Shown here: in pieces, positions 9,839 to 18,518 of the stretch | Layout of the letters: every line of letters starts with the position of its first letter | Numbering within the stretch: position 1 is the first letter of the stretch | NCBI GenBank assembly: GCA_965263295.1 | Contig: OZ253665.1 | Span: 1,952,001-2,016,000, forward strand | Length of the DNA stretch: 64,000 nucleotides | Source: Spirochaetia bacterium | GTDB taxonomy: Bacteria; Spirochaetota; Spirochaetia; SP-2023 | Direction of reading: 5' to 3' | Translations under genes and position numbers: made by a program | The notes under the pieces: generated by a model | Seen by the model: the letters and a program-made list of their open reading frames with translations, nothing else | Databases searched by the model: none | What the model was told of the DNA's origin: nothing

Positions 9839-9970
9839 CTAAATTTTCAGTCCTTGACTTTTTAGCGCCTTTGCAACTGAAGGCACTGGCGAGGTATAGC
9901 GACCGCTATGAAAAATACGGCATAATTCCTGGCCGCCGTACAAATGCGGTGTATGGCACTGGGCTAGCAT
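9839..9970 (-). CDS. small 43-aa ORF of unknown function
   Basis: GAGGAG RBS 7 nt before ATG; ends in LKSQGLKI*, the same as the rhodanese at 52212. Confidence 0.3.
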   Translation of the reverse strand: MLAQCHTPHLYGGQELCRIFHSGRYTSPVPSVAKALKSQGLKI

Positions 9971-10069
9971 CTCGTGGCTCCTCTATCTAAGAAAAGAGGA
10001 CGAACAATTTCTACGCATCGGCAATCCATGAATTTTCGGATATTTAATCTTGCAATTTGGGCAACTCAT

Positions 10070-11716
10070 TTACGGAGTGAACGGCTCCTTGCTTTGCAGA
10101 GTCACCAAGTCCAGCCAGACAAATTGCTGTTTGTGCTCTCCTACCAACACAAAAGCCCCGACAAACTGCGGCGCCATGTCCGGCAATAATTCTTTATTCG
10201 ATTCACTTTGCAGTTCCAGATCGAGATTAAAACGCCCCAGGTGACCATTTTTTAGGAAAGCAAACAGTTCGCCGTCGTGTTCCCACACCCCACTATCGGC
10301 ATGGATGTCGTCACGGCCCTGCAGCGTGGGTTCGAGAATTTTATCCAGCTTGAGCAGGCGGATGCGGCGGCGGTTTTCGCGACCAATTGGAGTCTCCGTA
10401 ATATCGTACTCGCCTGCCACGACAACATATCCGTTCTCATTGGCAACATACTGCCTACTGCGAACCGAGTTGACAGGCGAACGCTTACTGACATCCAGGC
10501 TGCTGCCATCTACAGCATAAAACTGGAAAAAACGATTTTTCACTGGCAAAAGTATGACTTCTGAACCCGGCGGCAGCTGTCCTGCCGGCTCTTCAGCTGC
10601 CGTGGCATCCTGCCCTTGTGGGGGTGAAGGCGGATTTTCCGCGCTCAGTGTGCGTTGTTCTTTATTCAGGGATTCCTGGCGCTGGGCAATGGTCTGTTGT
10701 TCCGCACCTAATTCATTTTGGGCCTTCTGGTTGTCCTGCAATTGTTCCTTCAGCTCCTGCTGCGCAGCTTGGGCCTCTTCCTGATCATCGGTTGTGGCCT
10801 CCGCCACCGCTTCCAAAGTCTCCTGAGTCTCGCGGTTTTCCTGCTGTAAATCTTCCTGCTTAGTTTCCAGAACTTCTTGGTCGTCATTCAGTTTTCCCTG
10901 ACGGAGCTCCAGCATGTCCTGGCGCAGGTCTTTTGCTTGCTGTTTGTCCTCTTCGCGCTCATTCAAAAACTGGGAGACAGTCTGCTGTCCTGTTTCGTCC
11001 AGATCGGGACTGGCAGGCTGATCCAGAACAGGATTGGCGCTAAGCGGAATAACAATTTGCGTATTTCCCGCCCAGTCCGCATAATTGGTACTGAGTCCGA
11101 TGATATCCGGCTGCAGCACCGCATTCACTTCCGGGCTAAATTTATTTTCAAAGTAACTGGCATCCTGGCGGTAATAAGCGTTGTAATAGGTTATAAACGT
11201 GCTGATGGTGTCGGCATCCGCCACATCATAGCGATAGCGGGCCTGTAAATAGCCGGAAATAATATGCCTCAAGTTGCGGATGTGATCGACACCTGCAGTA
11301 GGGCTAAGGCTCAGAATATCGGCATCAAAAAATGGGCTACTTTCTGCACTGCTTAAATGCTGCACAGAGTATTTGCCGGCATAATCCGAACGGCCTGTCT
11401 CAGTAAGATCGGCCAATTGAGTTCCGATGGCCATAATTTCGGCCAGACTATCGACCCGCTCATGTGGCCCGACATAATTGATAAATTCGACTGGATCGAC
11501 AGATTTTAATTCTAGGTCGGCAATATCGGGACTTGCACCCTGCTGGGCCAGCAAGCTAGCACTGGTCATGAGCAGAATCCCGACCAGGATACTTGATGAA
11601 ATCCTTGACAAAATTCCCAGAATCGCTAGCGTCGCCACCGAAAATGAAATGCGTGATGTAAAATTGCTATGTCGCACAGTGCCTACCTTCCAAACCTGCT
11701 GAAATATTAGCCTCAA
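10070..11716 (-). CDS. P83/100-family spirochaetal protein (true start probably downstream of 11716)
   Basis: VEFINYVGP and GVDHIRNLRHIISGYL conserved block, central coiled coil. Confidence 0.8.
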   Translation of the reverse strand: MRLIFQQVWKVGTVRHSNFTSRISFSVATLAILGILSRISSSILVGILLMTSASLLAQQGASPDIADLELKSVDPVEFINYVGPHERVDSLAEIMAIGTQLADLTETGRSDYAGKYSVQHLSSAESSPFFDADILSLSPTAGVDHIRNLRHIISGYLQARYRYDVADADTISTFITYYNAYYRQDASYFENKFSPEVNAVLQPDIIGLSTNYADWAGNTQIVIPLSANPVLDQPASPDLDETGQQTVSQFLNEREEDKQQAKDLRQDMLELRQGKLNDDQEVLETKQEDLQQENRETQETLEAVAEATTDDQEEAQAAQQELKEQLQDNQKAQNELGAEQQTIAQRQESLNKEQRTLSAENPPSPPQGQDATAAEEPAGQLPPGSEVILLPVKNRFFQFYAVDGSSLDVSKRSPVNSVRSRQYVANENGYVVVAGEYDITETPIGRENRRRIRLLKLDKILEPTLQGRDDIHADSGVWEHDGELFAFLKNGHLGRFNLDLELQSESNKELLPDMAPQFVGAFVLVGEHKQQFVWLDLVTLQSKEPFTP

Positions 11717-11873
11717 CTTCTATCGTGCTGCCTTAATATTTTCGTGCCTTTGCCGTTATTCTTTAATACATTGCGCTGAATACAGCAGAGTCTGAACGTC
11801 ATCGCTTCTCCTCCTTGATCCACTATAATATAAATGGTGGATCAACAAAAATACAAAAAAAATGAAGGGCTCA

Positions 11874-11901
11874 TTGACATTTTAACTTAATTCAGTATTG
11901 T
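11874..11901 (+). promoter_or_regulatory. sigma70-like promoter for tRNA-Asp
   Basis: TTGACA-16 bp-TATTGT. Confidence 0.5.
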
Positions 11902-11940
11902 TTGCCCACCTGAAGACGCTACAATTGTCAAAGGCCGTTC

Positions 11941-12014
11941 GGAGGTGTGGTGAAGCCGGTTATCACGTCGCCCTGTCAAGGCGAAGGCCGCGGGTTCGAG
12001 TCCCGTCACTTCCG
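11941..12014 (+). tRNA. tRNA-Asp(GTC), CCA not encoded
   Basis: acceptor GGAGGTG/CACTTCC, anticodon arm TCGCC-CTGTCAA-GGCGA, T-loop GGTTCGAGTCC. Confidence 0.97.
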
Positions 12015-12143
12015 TTATATATTTCTATAAAGTTATCAAGACTTGGAAATGCTTGGAGTATACTTTAAGACTCCCCTGCAAAGATTGCCCCGGTAAATCA
12101 CTGGGTTTGCTTTTAGCTTGCAATCTGTTACAGGAGGCGAAGC

Positions 12144-14318
12144 TTGTCTTCAGAGAATAACAAACGGACAACTCCAGCAGAAGCAAGTCATCCCGGCGAA
12201 AGTCATGGCGTTCCTGATGCGGCATCGCCACAAGAACAACTGCCAGCCATAGAAATTGTTTCCCGTGAGAATGGCTACAGCAAGCAAAGCCGACACCAGG
12301 TCCCGTCGAACCAGACCTCAGTTTCCTGTTTAAACGAGGACCAGACGGAAACGAAAAACACGGTAAATACCCCAGAGAATAATGCAAGTCCAGAGGCTCG
12401 CAGACAGAGAGGAAAGCCAAGAGGGCGCTTTGGTTACAACCTGCGCTTCAAACGGCTAAAAAGCCTAAAAAACCTCAACAACTTATGGGCCGGTCTGGCT
12501 CTTGCCGCACTATGTTTCCTGTTGAGCTATGGCTTCGCCTCCCTGTTCTATTTAAGCCGCCAGGCCCAGGCGAGCGGCGGGCTATCTTTAAAGCTAATAG
12601 CAGAATACAGCCAGAACAATATTCTAATCCTGCTGTTTCTTGTCGCCTCAATTTCCTGCTTGATGACTTTGTTATTTTTGGCTTTGTCTGCCGCGGGACG
12701 CAAACTCTCTCTGCTGGTGCGCTCCGGTTTTTCACTGCGGAAATTCCCGACACGCCCAGAGCCGGAATCGGCGGTGCAAAACGGAGTAAATGCATGTTCT
12801 GAAATGAGATATTCTTCTGCGCCGGCAGCTGCCGCGCAAAATGCTGAGCTCGGAAGCGACGACAATCGGCTTGCTCAAGACCCGCAACCAGAGATAACAA
12901 CCAATACGGCCTGGCCCGGAATTGAGGAACTAGAGGATACCGATGTGCCATTATTCGCCCCACACTCAGGCGAGCAACTCCACAGCCAAGCAGAAGATAA
13001 TACGACGCCAGCCTCTACGGAGGACTCAACTGTTGGAGACCCAACGCTCTTGCCACCAACGCAATATTACGACATCGAAAATCGCAACGGACAGTTTTAC
13101 GCCAATTTGCACTTCCTGCTGCACAAAAAGTTCTCACTGTATGTACAAGGTTTTACTGTCGTACTTTCCAGTCTGGCCTGTGCCCTGATCACCCTCGGCT
13201 TTTTGGGGCAAGTTCCCGGCAAGCTGTTATTCTTGTTTTCTATTCTATTTCTGTTTATTGGAGCCCTATTTACGTTAATTCTGCGCAATCAGTATTCCCA
13301 AGGTATGGAAGCCCTTTACCAAAATCTACTGCAGCAAATTTATCAGCATTCCAGCCCGACGAACTCCTATAAGCAGCTGGACGCAATCAGCATGCTGTAT
13401 GGCCTAGCTTTTGTCGAAGCCCGTTATTTCCAGGCACGAGTCATCGCCGAATTCCAAAATGTGTTGAAATTAACCCGCAGCTCCTGGTATCAAGCTAGGT
13501 ACAGCCAATCACCTTCAATTCTGGTGGAAGAAGTTCTGCGCAAGCTGCTCTCTGCGGTAGACTTTTGTCACTTATTGCTTGGCGACAGAACAACACCCAA
13601 TACGGCAACATTTTGCAACACAATGCAGAACTTATTTCGAGAGTGGCTGTATCATCGCCTCTTTCTCAAGGACTTCCAGAAGTTCGGAGCCTTTCGGCAT
13701 CACGCCACAGTCGGCCTGCTTAGCCACATGGACAAACTGCGACAGGCGAGCGGAAGCCGGACCAGCCTGGACAAGCCGCCAAACGGTTTATCCCAGCCGC
13801 CGGTGCAAGATCAGAGGATATTGCCCTATTTTGTCCTAGAGAACTATTACCTGGTCGGAACCAACCTGTCTAAATTGCGGGTCACAGAGGCGCACTTCCA
13901 AAACTGTCAGCTCAGTCACAGCAATTGGTCAGGCAGCAAGCTAAGCGATTGCAGCATATCGTCTTGCCATCTAGATCAGGTTATTCTGTATCGCTCCAGC
14001 TGGCGGCGCTTTCTTTGGGCCGGCAATACAGCGCGTGAAATCGACGTTGAGCATTGCTCCTTCCTGCAAGGGAACCTTAGAGACTGCGACCTGCAAGGTA
14101 TCCAAAACCCGCTTGACAGCCACTGGCACCTGCGGCATTGCTTACTGCAGGAATGCAGGCTCGGCAATTCGACAATCAGCATTGATTGCTGGCAAAATGT
14201 CAAAGCCTCAAGCTGCGATTGGAGCTCAACCTTGCTTTCCATAGCCGGCGAGCTCTATTCGCCCGAATCTGAAGGTGAGACAGAGACTTTGAGCAAGCAT
14301 CTGGAGATTAAAGCCTAA
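12144..14318 (+). CDS. membrane protein with C-terminal pentapeptide-like repeats (start uncertain)
   Basis: two pairs of hydrophobic helices; C-terminal NLSKL/HFQNC/QLSHS/NWSGS/KLSDC periodicity. Confidence 0.65.
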   Translation: MSSENNKRTTPAEASHPGESHGVPDAASPQEQLPAIEIVSRENGYSKQSRHQVPSNQTSVSCLNEDQTETKNTVNTPENNASPEARRQRGKPRGRFGYNLRFKRLKSLKNLNNLWAGLALAALCFLLSYGFASLFYLSRQAQASGGLSLKLIAEYSQNNILILLFLVASISCLMTLLFLALSAAGRKLSLLVRSGFSLRKFPTRPEPESAVQNGVNACSEMRYSSAPAAAAQNAELGSDDNRLAQDPQPEITTNTAWPGIEELEDTDVPLFAPHSGEQLHSQAEDNTTPASTEDSTVGDPTLLPPTQYYDIENRNGQFYANLHFLLHKKFSLYVQGFTVVLSSLACALITLGFLGQVPGKLLFLFSILFLFIGALFTLILRNQYSQGMEALYQNLLQQIYQHSSPTNSYKQLDAISMLYGLAFVEARYFQARVIAEFQNVLKLTRSSWYQARYSQSPSILVEEVLRKLLSAVDFCHLLLGDRTTPNTATFCNTMQNLFREWLYHRLFLKDFQKFGAFRHHATVGLLSHMDKLRQASGSRTSLDKPPNGLSQPPVQDQRILPYFVLENYYLVGTNLSKLRVTEAHFQNCQLSHSNWSGSKLSDCSISSCHLDQVILYRSSWRRFLWAGNTAREIDVEHCSFLQGNLRDCDLQGIQNPLDSHWHLRHCLLQECRLGNSTISIDCWQNVKASSCDWSSTLLSIAGELYSPESEGETETLSKHLEIKA

Positions 14319-14347
14319 ACTGCCATTAACTTGCCAATGAACTTGCC

Positions 14348-15034
14348 ATGAAACGACAGACGCTATTTCAAGTCGGTCGCCTGTGTACCCGTTTTTTGCT
14401 GGCGGCCACGCTTATACCCACGCTTATACTATATGGTTTTCCTTTTATACAGGTACATGAAAACTCCATGCGCCCTACGCTAAAACCAGGCGACTTGCTA
14501 ATTTTGAGTCGCCTGGCCTATCGACTAAGAGAAATTAAGATTGGAGATATATTGGCTTTTCACCATCCGTCTGCTGCGGCTGCAGGTAACAAAGATTTAA
14601 CAGCCGCCGGCAGCCCAAAGCTCACGATGATAAAGCGTTGCGCCCTAGTGGCGGGCATGCCCCTGTCTTGGCGGGGCTCACGCCTTTACATTCCTTATTT
14701 ACAAGGTTATGTCGAGCTGGAAGGCTCAATATGCCGCAAGCTCAAAAGCCTGAGGCGCATACCCACCGGCTTTATTTTTGTACTGGGTGACAATGCTCGT
14801 CATTCCCTAGACTCACGCAACTATGGCTTAGTATCAGTTTCAGCGGTCCAGGGTAAAGTGTTATGGTTGCCATCACCATTCCGCCGCAGCGGGGAGGCTG
14901 TTTATCCTGCACCGATTAAAACTTCAGACCAGCTTGCGGTTGCATCTGCGCTGTTTTGCCACCCCTCGCGCACAGCACTGGGGCCTCACTCTGGCTGCAG
15001 CGCTCTATCTAAGACTTCTGCGGGCACGGAATAG
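14348..15034 (+). CDS. lepB: signal peptidase I
   Basis: SMRPTL (catalytic Ser), IKR (Lys), GDNARHSLDSRNYG. Confidence 0.9.
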   Translation: MKRQTLFQVGRLCTRFLLAATLIPTLILYGFPFIQVHENSMRPTLKPGDLLILSRLAYRLREIKIGDILAFHHPSAAAAGNKDLTAAGSPKLTMIKRCALVAGMPLSWRGSRLYIPYLQGYVELEGSICRKLKSLRRIPTGFIFVLGDNARHSLDSRNYGLVSVSAVQGKVLWLPSPFRRSGEAVYPAPIKTSDQLAVASALFCHPSRTALGPHSGCSALSKTSAGTE

Positions 15035-15969
15035 CCAAACTGGCGCACGACTGCCGGATCAATATAGAGCTCGCTGGCGTCAGCCCCTTCAAGAGTGTGG
15101 TCTTTCTCGGCGAAAATAGCCTGCCGGGCCTCATCATCCTGGGCTTCAAGAAATTGGATAAGCAAGTTTGCCGTTGCTTCGGCCATCTGAGCATAGTTAG
15201 GGCCGTAGGCGAGCATCACACCGGCATTGGCGGCGCTGACTGAATCGGAAGTGACAACCGGCACCAAGTTGCGATTTGCAATTTCGACAATGTTAGCGAG
15301 GTCTTTAAACAGTAAACTGCTGTTGGCCAAATACAATACATCAACCTTGTCGTCGAGGGCAACTAGCGCACTTACGGCATCGGTAATTTGAGCAATATTG
15401 CTAATTACGGTCGTCTTGGTAGAATTGATACCCGCTATTGCGGCGCGGTAGCGCACGACGCCGGTCATATATGCAGAGTTAGCCTCATTGAGAGACTCAA
15501 TCTGCCCCAGCAAACTTAAATCAGGCATGATCGCCAGGAGCTCCTTAAAGGCGTTTTCAGTCGAAACAGGGTCTTTGTAGCCAGTGATCGGGCTGCTGCT
15601 CTCCAGGAGTCCAGCGCTCTCAGGGTCGGTAACCCCGACATAAATAATCGGAGCGCCATCATCCTCGGCAAAGGCCTGGGCGATAGGGGCATCGACGGCA
15701 ACACGCAGCTTGAGTTCGGTATTGGCGGCGAACTGAGTCGAAATTTCCTCAATGCGATCAGTGTGGCCTTCCGCATTTTCTTGCGCAAAGATTACCTCTG
15801 GATGCTTTTTGTTGACGATAGCCATGATCCTTTCTGTCAGCAAATTATTACTGGGACTATCGTTATACTTGGCTAGTCCAATGTGGACGGGCTCCTTTTT
15901 ACAAGCCGTTAAGGCGACTATGACGACCAAGGCCGGCAAAATGCTGAAATAGTTCCACTTTTCGTTCAT
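14986..15969 (-). CDS. ABC transporter substrate-binding lipoprotein (ABC_sub_bind type), no permease nearby
   Basis: lipobox LTAC, PIIYVGVTDPESAGL, EANS motifs. Confidence 0.8.
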   Translation of the reverse strand: MNEKWNYFSILPALVVIVALTACKKEPVHIGLAKYNDSPSNNLLTERIMAIVNKKHPEVIFAQENAEGHTDRIEEISTQFAANTELKLRVAVDAPIAQAFAEDDGAPIIYVGVTDPESAGLLESSSPITGYKDPVSTENAFKELLAIMPDLSLLGQIESLNEANSAYMTGVVRYRAAIAGINSTKTTVISNIAQITDAVSALVALDDKVDVLYLANSSLLFKDLANIVEIANRNLVPVVTSDSVSAANAGVMLAYGPNYAQMAEATANLLIQFLEAQDDEARQAIFAEKDHTLEGADASELYIDPAVVRQFGYSVPAEVLDRALQPE

Positions 15970-16230
15970 GTTATATTCCTCACAAACTTATTTGCTAGGA
16001 AATCTAGCAGTTAGGCTTAAAATTTAATGGATTCAAAGATAGGGCTCAAGTGTTTGGGCTCTTAATTACAAATATTTATGCTTGAGTTTAGGTGACGATC
16101 ATTGTATAAAATGATATCTGTTTATAATTTGCTTCCCTGCTGCGCACTTGTCGGACGCACAGCTTACAAGTAGAATGCCCCCAAAATGGAATGTCGTTTT
16201 CCACCAGTGATGACGACTTAGAAGTAGAAT

Positions 16231-17529
16231 ATGAAAACTGTATTTGTTTCAATGAGTGGGGACATTGTTCACCACGGCCACATCCGGATAATCGAAAAGG
16301 CACGCGAGTATGGCGAAGTGACGATTGGCCTGCTTACGGACAAGGCTATTGCAGATTACAAGCGTATACCTCACCTGAATTTTGCCCAGCGCAAACAAGT
16401 TTTAAAAAATATCAAAGGTGTGGCGCAGGTTGTCGCGCAAAATGAGTGGGATGACTCAATCATCGTTCGCCAGTTAAAACCGCACTTTGTCGTTCACGGC
16501 GATGACTGGAAACACCATCCGATGAACATTTTTCGCAATCGGGTCCTTCAGGCTCTGGCCGAATGGGGAGGACAGTTAATTGAAATTCCCTATACTGAGG
16601 GCATCAGCTGCAGCGACATTGTACGCAATATTTCAGGCTTGGGTATCACCCCGACCATGCGCCTGCAAAGCCTGAAACGCCTGATTGCGGCAAAAGAGAT
16701 CGTGCGCATCCTGGAGGCGCACAACGGGCTTTCAGGTCTGATCGCCGAAAATGCTCAAATAGAACGCGAGGGAAAAATCATTAGTTTCGACGGCATGTGG
16801 TCCAGTTCCCTTACCGATTCAACCAGCCGTGGTAAACCCGATATTGAAATAGTCGATACGACCTCGCGCCTGGTGACCATCAATGACATTTTTGCCGTGA
16901 CGACTAAACCGATGATTTACGATGGGGACACCGGCGGCAAATTGGAGCACTTTCCGTTTACCGTGCACAGCCTGGAATGTGTCGGCGTTTCCGCGGTAAT
17001 CATTGAGGACAAAACTGGTCTCAAAAAAAACTCGCTGCTAGGTAATGAAGTTCTGCAACAGCAAGAAAGTATTGAAGGTTTTTGCTCCAAGATCCAAGCG
17101 GGAACAAAGGCGCGGGTCAATCCGGAATTTATGATTGTCGCCCGGATTGAGAGCCTGATCCTCAATGCCGGCATGGAAGATGCCATCGCCCGCGCCGAAG
17201 CGTATATCGGTGCCGGTGTCGATGCCATTATGATCCACAGCCGCCGCGAAGATCCGTCAGAAATCTATGAGTTCTGCTCGCGTTTCCATCGCCTGGGCAA
17301 GACGGTGCCCCTGATTGTCGTGCCAACCAGCTACAACAAAGTTTACGAGCGCGAGCTGGTCGACCACGGCATTAAAATTTGTATTTACGCCAACCATATG
17401 TTGCGCTCAGCCTATCCGGCGATGTGGGATGTGGCCCACAAAATCCTGCAAAATGGCCGGTCTTACGAGGTCGATGAACAATGTCTGTCGATACAAGAAG
17501 TTCTAAAGCTGATTCCCGGAACAATTTAA
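16231..17529 (+). CDS. pepM: phosphoenolpyruvate mutase with N-terminal cytidylyltransferase-like domain
   Basis: HHGH and HGDDW in the N-domain; PEP-mutase signature EDKTGLKKNS. Confidence 0.93.
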   Translation: MKTVFVSMSGDIVHHGHIRIIEKAREYGEVTIGLLTDKAIADYKRIPHLNFAQRKQVLKNIKGVAQVVAQNEWDDSIIVRQLKPHFVVHGDDWKHHPMNIFRNRVLQALAEWGGQLIEIPYTEGISCSDIVRNISGLGITPTMRLQSLKRLIAAKEIVRILEAHNGLSGLIAENAQIEREGKIISFDGMWSSSLTDSTSRGKPDIEIVDTTSRLVTINDIFAVTTKPMIYDGDTGGKLEHFPFTVHSLECVGVSAVIIEDKTGLKKNSLLGNEVLQQQESIEGFCSKIQAGTKARVNPEFMIVARIESLILNAGMEDAIARAEAYIGAGVDAIMIHSRREDPSEIYEFCSRFHRLGKTVPLIVVPTSYNKVYERELVDHGIKICIYANHMLRSAYPAMWDVAHKILQNGRSYEVDEQCLSIQEVLKLIPGTI

Positions 17530-17688
17530 AGTCATTGCCACAGGCCCTGTCTAAACGGGATGCGGGCTTTTTGCCTTCAATCTGAAAAAAATCCTTAAAA
17601 AATCTGAAAAAATCCTTGGCGCAACGGGGCTTAATTTTGTATTTTCACTCCGCGATAAGACCAGCCTGTTTATTGGAGAAATTCGGCC

Positions 17689-17937
17689 ATGCCAACTTAC
17701 GATTATCAATGCGATGCCTGTGACGCTGTGTTTGAGGCCTTTCAATCCATTCACGACGATGCCTTAAAGAACTGTCCATACTGCCAGCAAGCAAAATTGC
17801 GCCGCCTGATTTCTGGTGCCGGCATCATCTTCAAGGGCAGTGGTTTCTACGTCAATGACAGTAAGAAAAAAAACGATCGGCCGCCTGCGGCTTCTGCTGG
17901 AGACACTCCAAAATCTTCAACAGCCGCCTCAAACTAG
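17689..17937 (+). CDS. FmdB-family zinc-ribbon protein
   Basis: MPTYDYQCDAC...CPYC...FKGSGFYVND. Confidence 0.9.
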   Translation: MPTYDYQCDACDAVFEAFQSIHDDALKNCPYCQQAKLRRLISGAGIIFKGSGFYVNDSKKKNDRPPAASAGDTPKSSTAASN

Positions 17938-17989
17938 TCTTAATTTATTTCGCCCTCCCCTCAAAAAAAGGCAGAAAAAAGGACGCGAC

Positions 17990-18142
17990 GGGGACCACGA
18001 ATTGCACGAAAGACGGCGAAAAGTCACGAAAGTTAGGCGGGGGAGCCGCGGGGGAAACGATGGACGACGGGAGGCGCGGGGGCGTTTTAGAATTTTCGTG
18101 TTGTTCGTACTTTTTTGGTGCTTTTCGTGGTTCCTCAGCCAG
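17990..18142. repeat. CACGAAA/TTTCGTG element, complete, reverse orientation
   Basis: GGGGACCACGAA...CACGAAAGTTAGG...TTTTCGTGGTTcctcaGCCAG. Confidence 0.9.
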
Positions 18143-18147
18143 GGTCT

Positions 18148-18223
18148 CTCCTCTCAGCTCCGAACCAAGAGGCCCCAAAAGCAACAGGTTGACTGCGAAC
18201 AGTCGTTTAATTAGGGACGACAT
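18148..18223 (-). pseudogene. decayed lipoprotein signal-peptide fragment paralogous to the 52010 lipoprotein
   Basis: MSSLIKRLFAVNLLLL versus MSSDLIFKRLFAVSLVLL; 1-nt frameshift, and the lipobox Cys position reads TGA. Confidence 0.65.
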
Positions 18224-18407
18224 GAAATAAAAATAAGTTAAATATATTATTCATAGACATGTAATGAATGCTTGTCTGAGGAACTGACTATTACGTTTTA
18301 ATATAAGACTCCAAATAATCTTCTCAAGTATTTGCAGGAAATTTTCAACTAACTGGCCAAAAGTAAATTACAATGCCATGCTTTTCCCTTATCCTATTGT
18401 CAGTATA

Positions 18408-18426
18408 AATAATAATTATTATTATC
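18408..18426 (+). promoter_or_regulatory. Fur-box-like site
   Basis: AATAATAATTATTATTATC, 15/19 match to GATAATGATAATCATTATC, upstream of the uptake operon. Confidence 0.6.
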
Positions 18427-18518
18427 ATAATCATAAATTCGGACGAGCAACACTGGTAATGATAAAGAACACGCAGTCGTTATATTTCATTGCCGCATTA
18501 CCTGGGAGAGTTGCTGCC

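Noticed and set aside
11941..12014. Prophage or island integrated at tRNA-Asp
   Set aside because: No integrase and no duplicated tRNA 3' end seen in the window
17816..18223. 92-132 aa ORFs here, and similar ones at 24882-25133 and 48679-49453
   Set aside because: They are translations of the repeat elements (TTKYTK, FVLFVV patterns)
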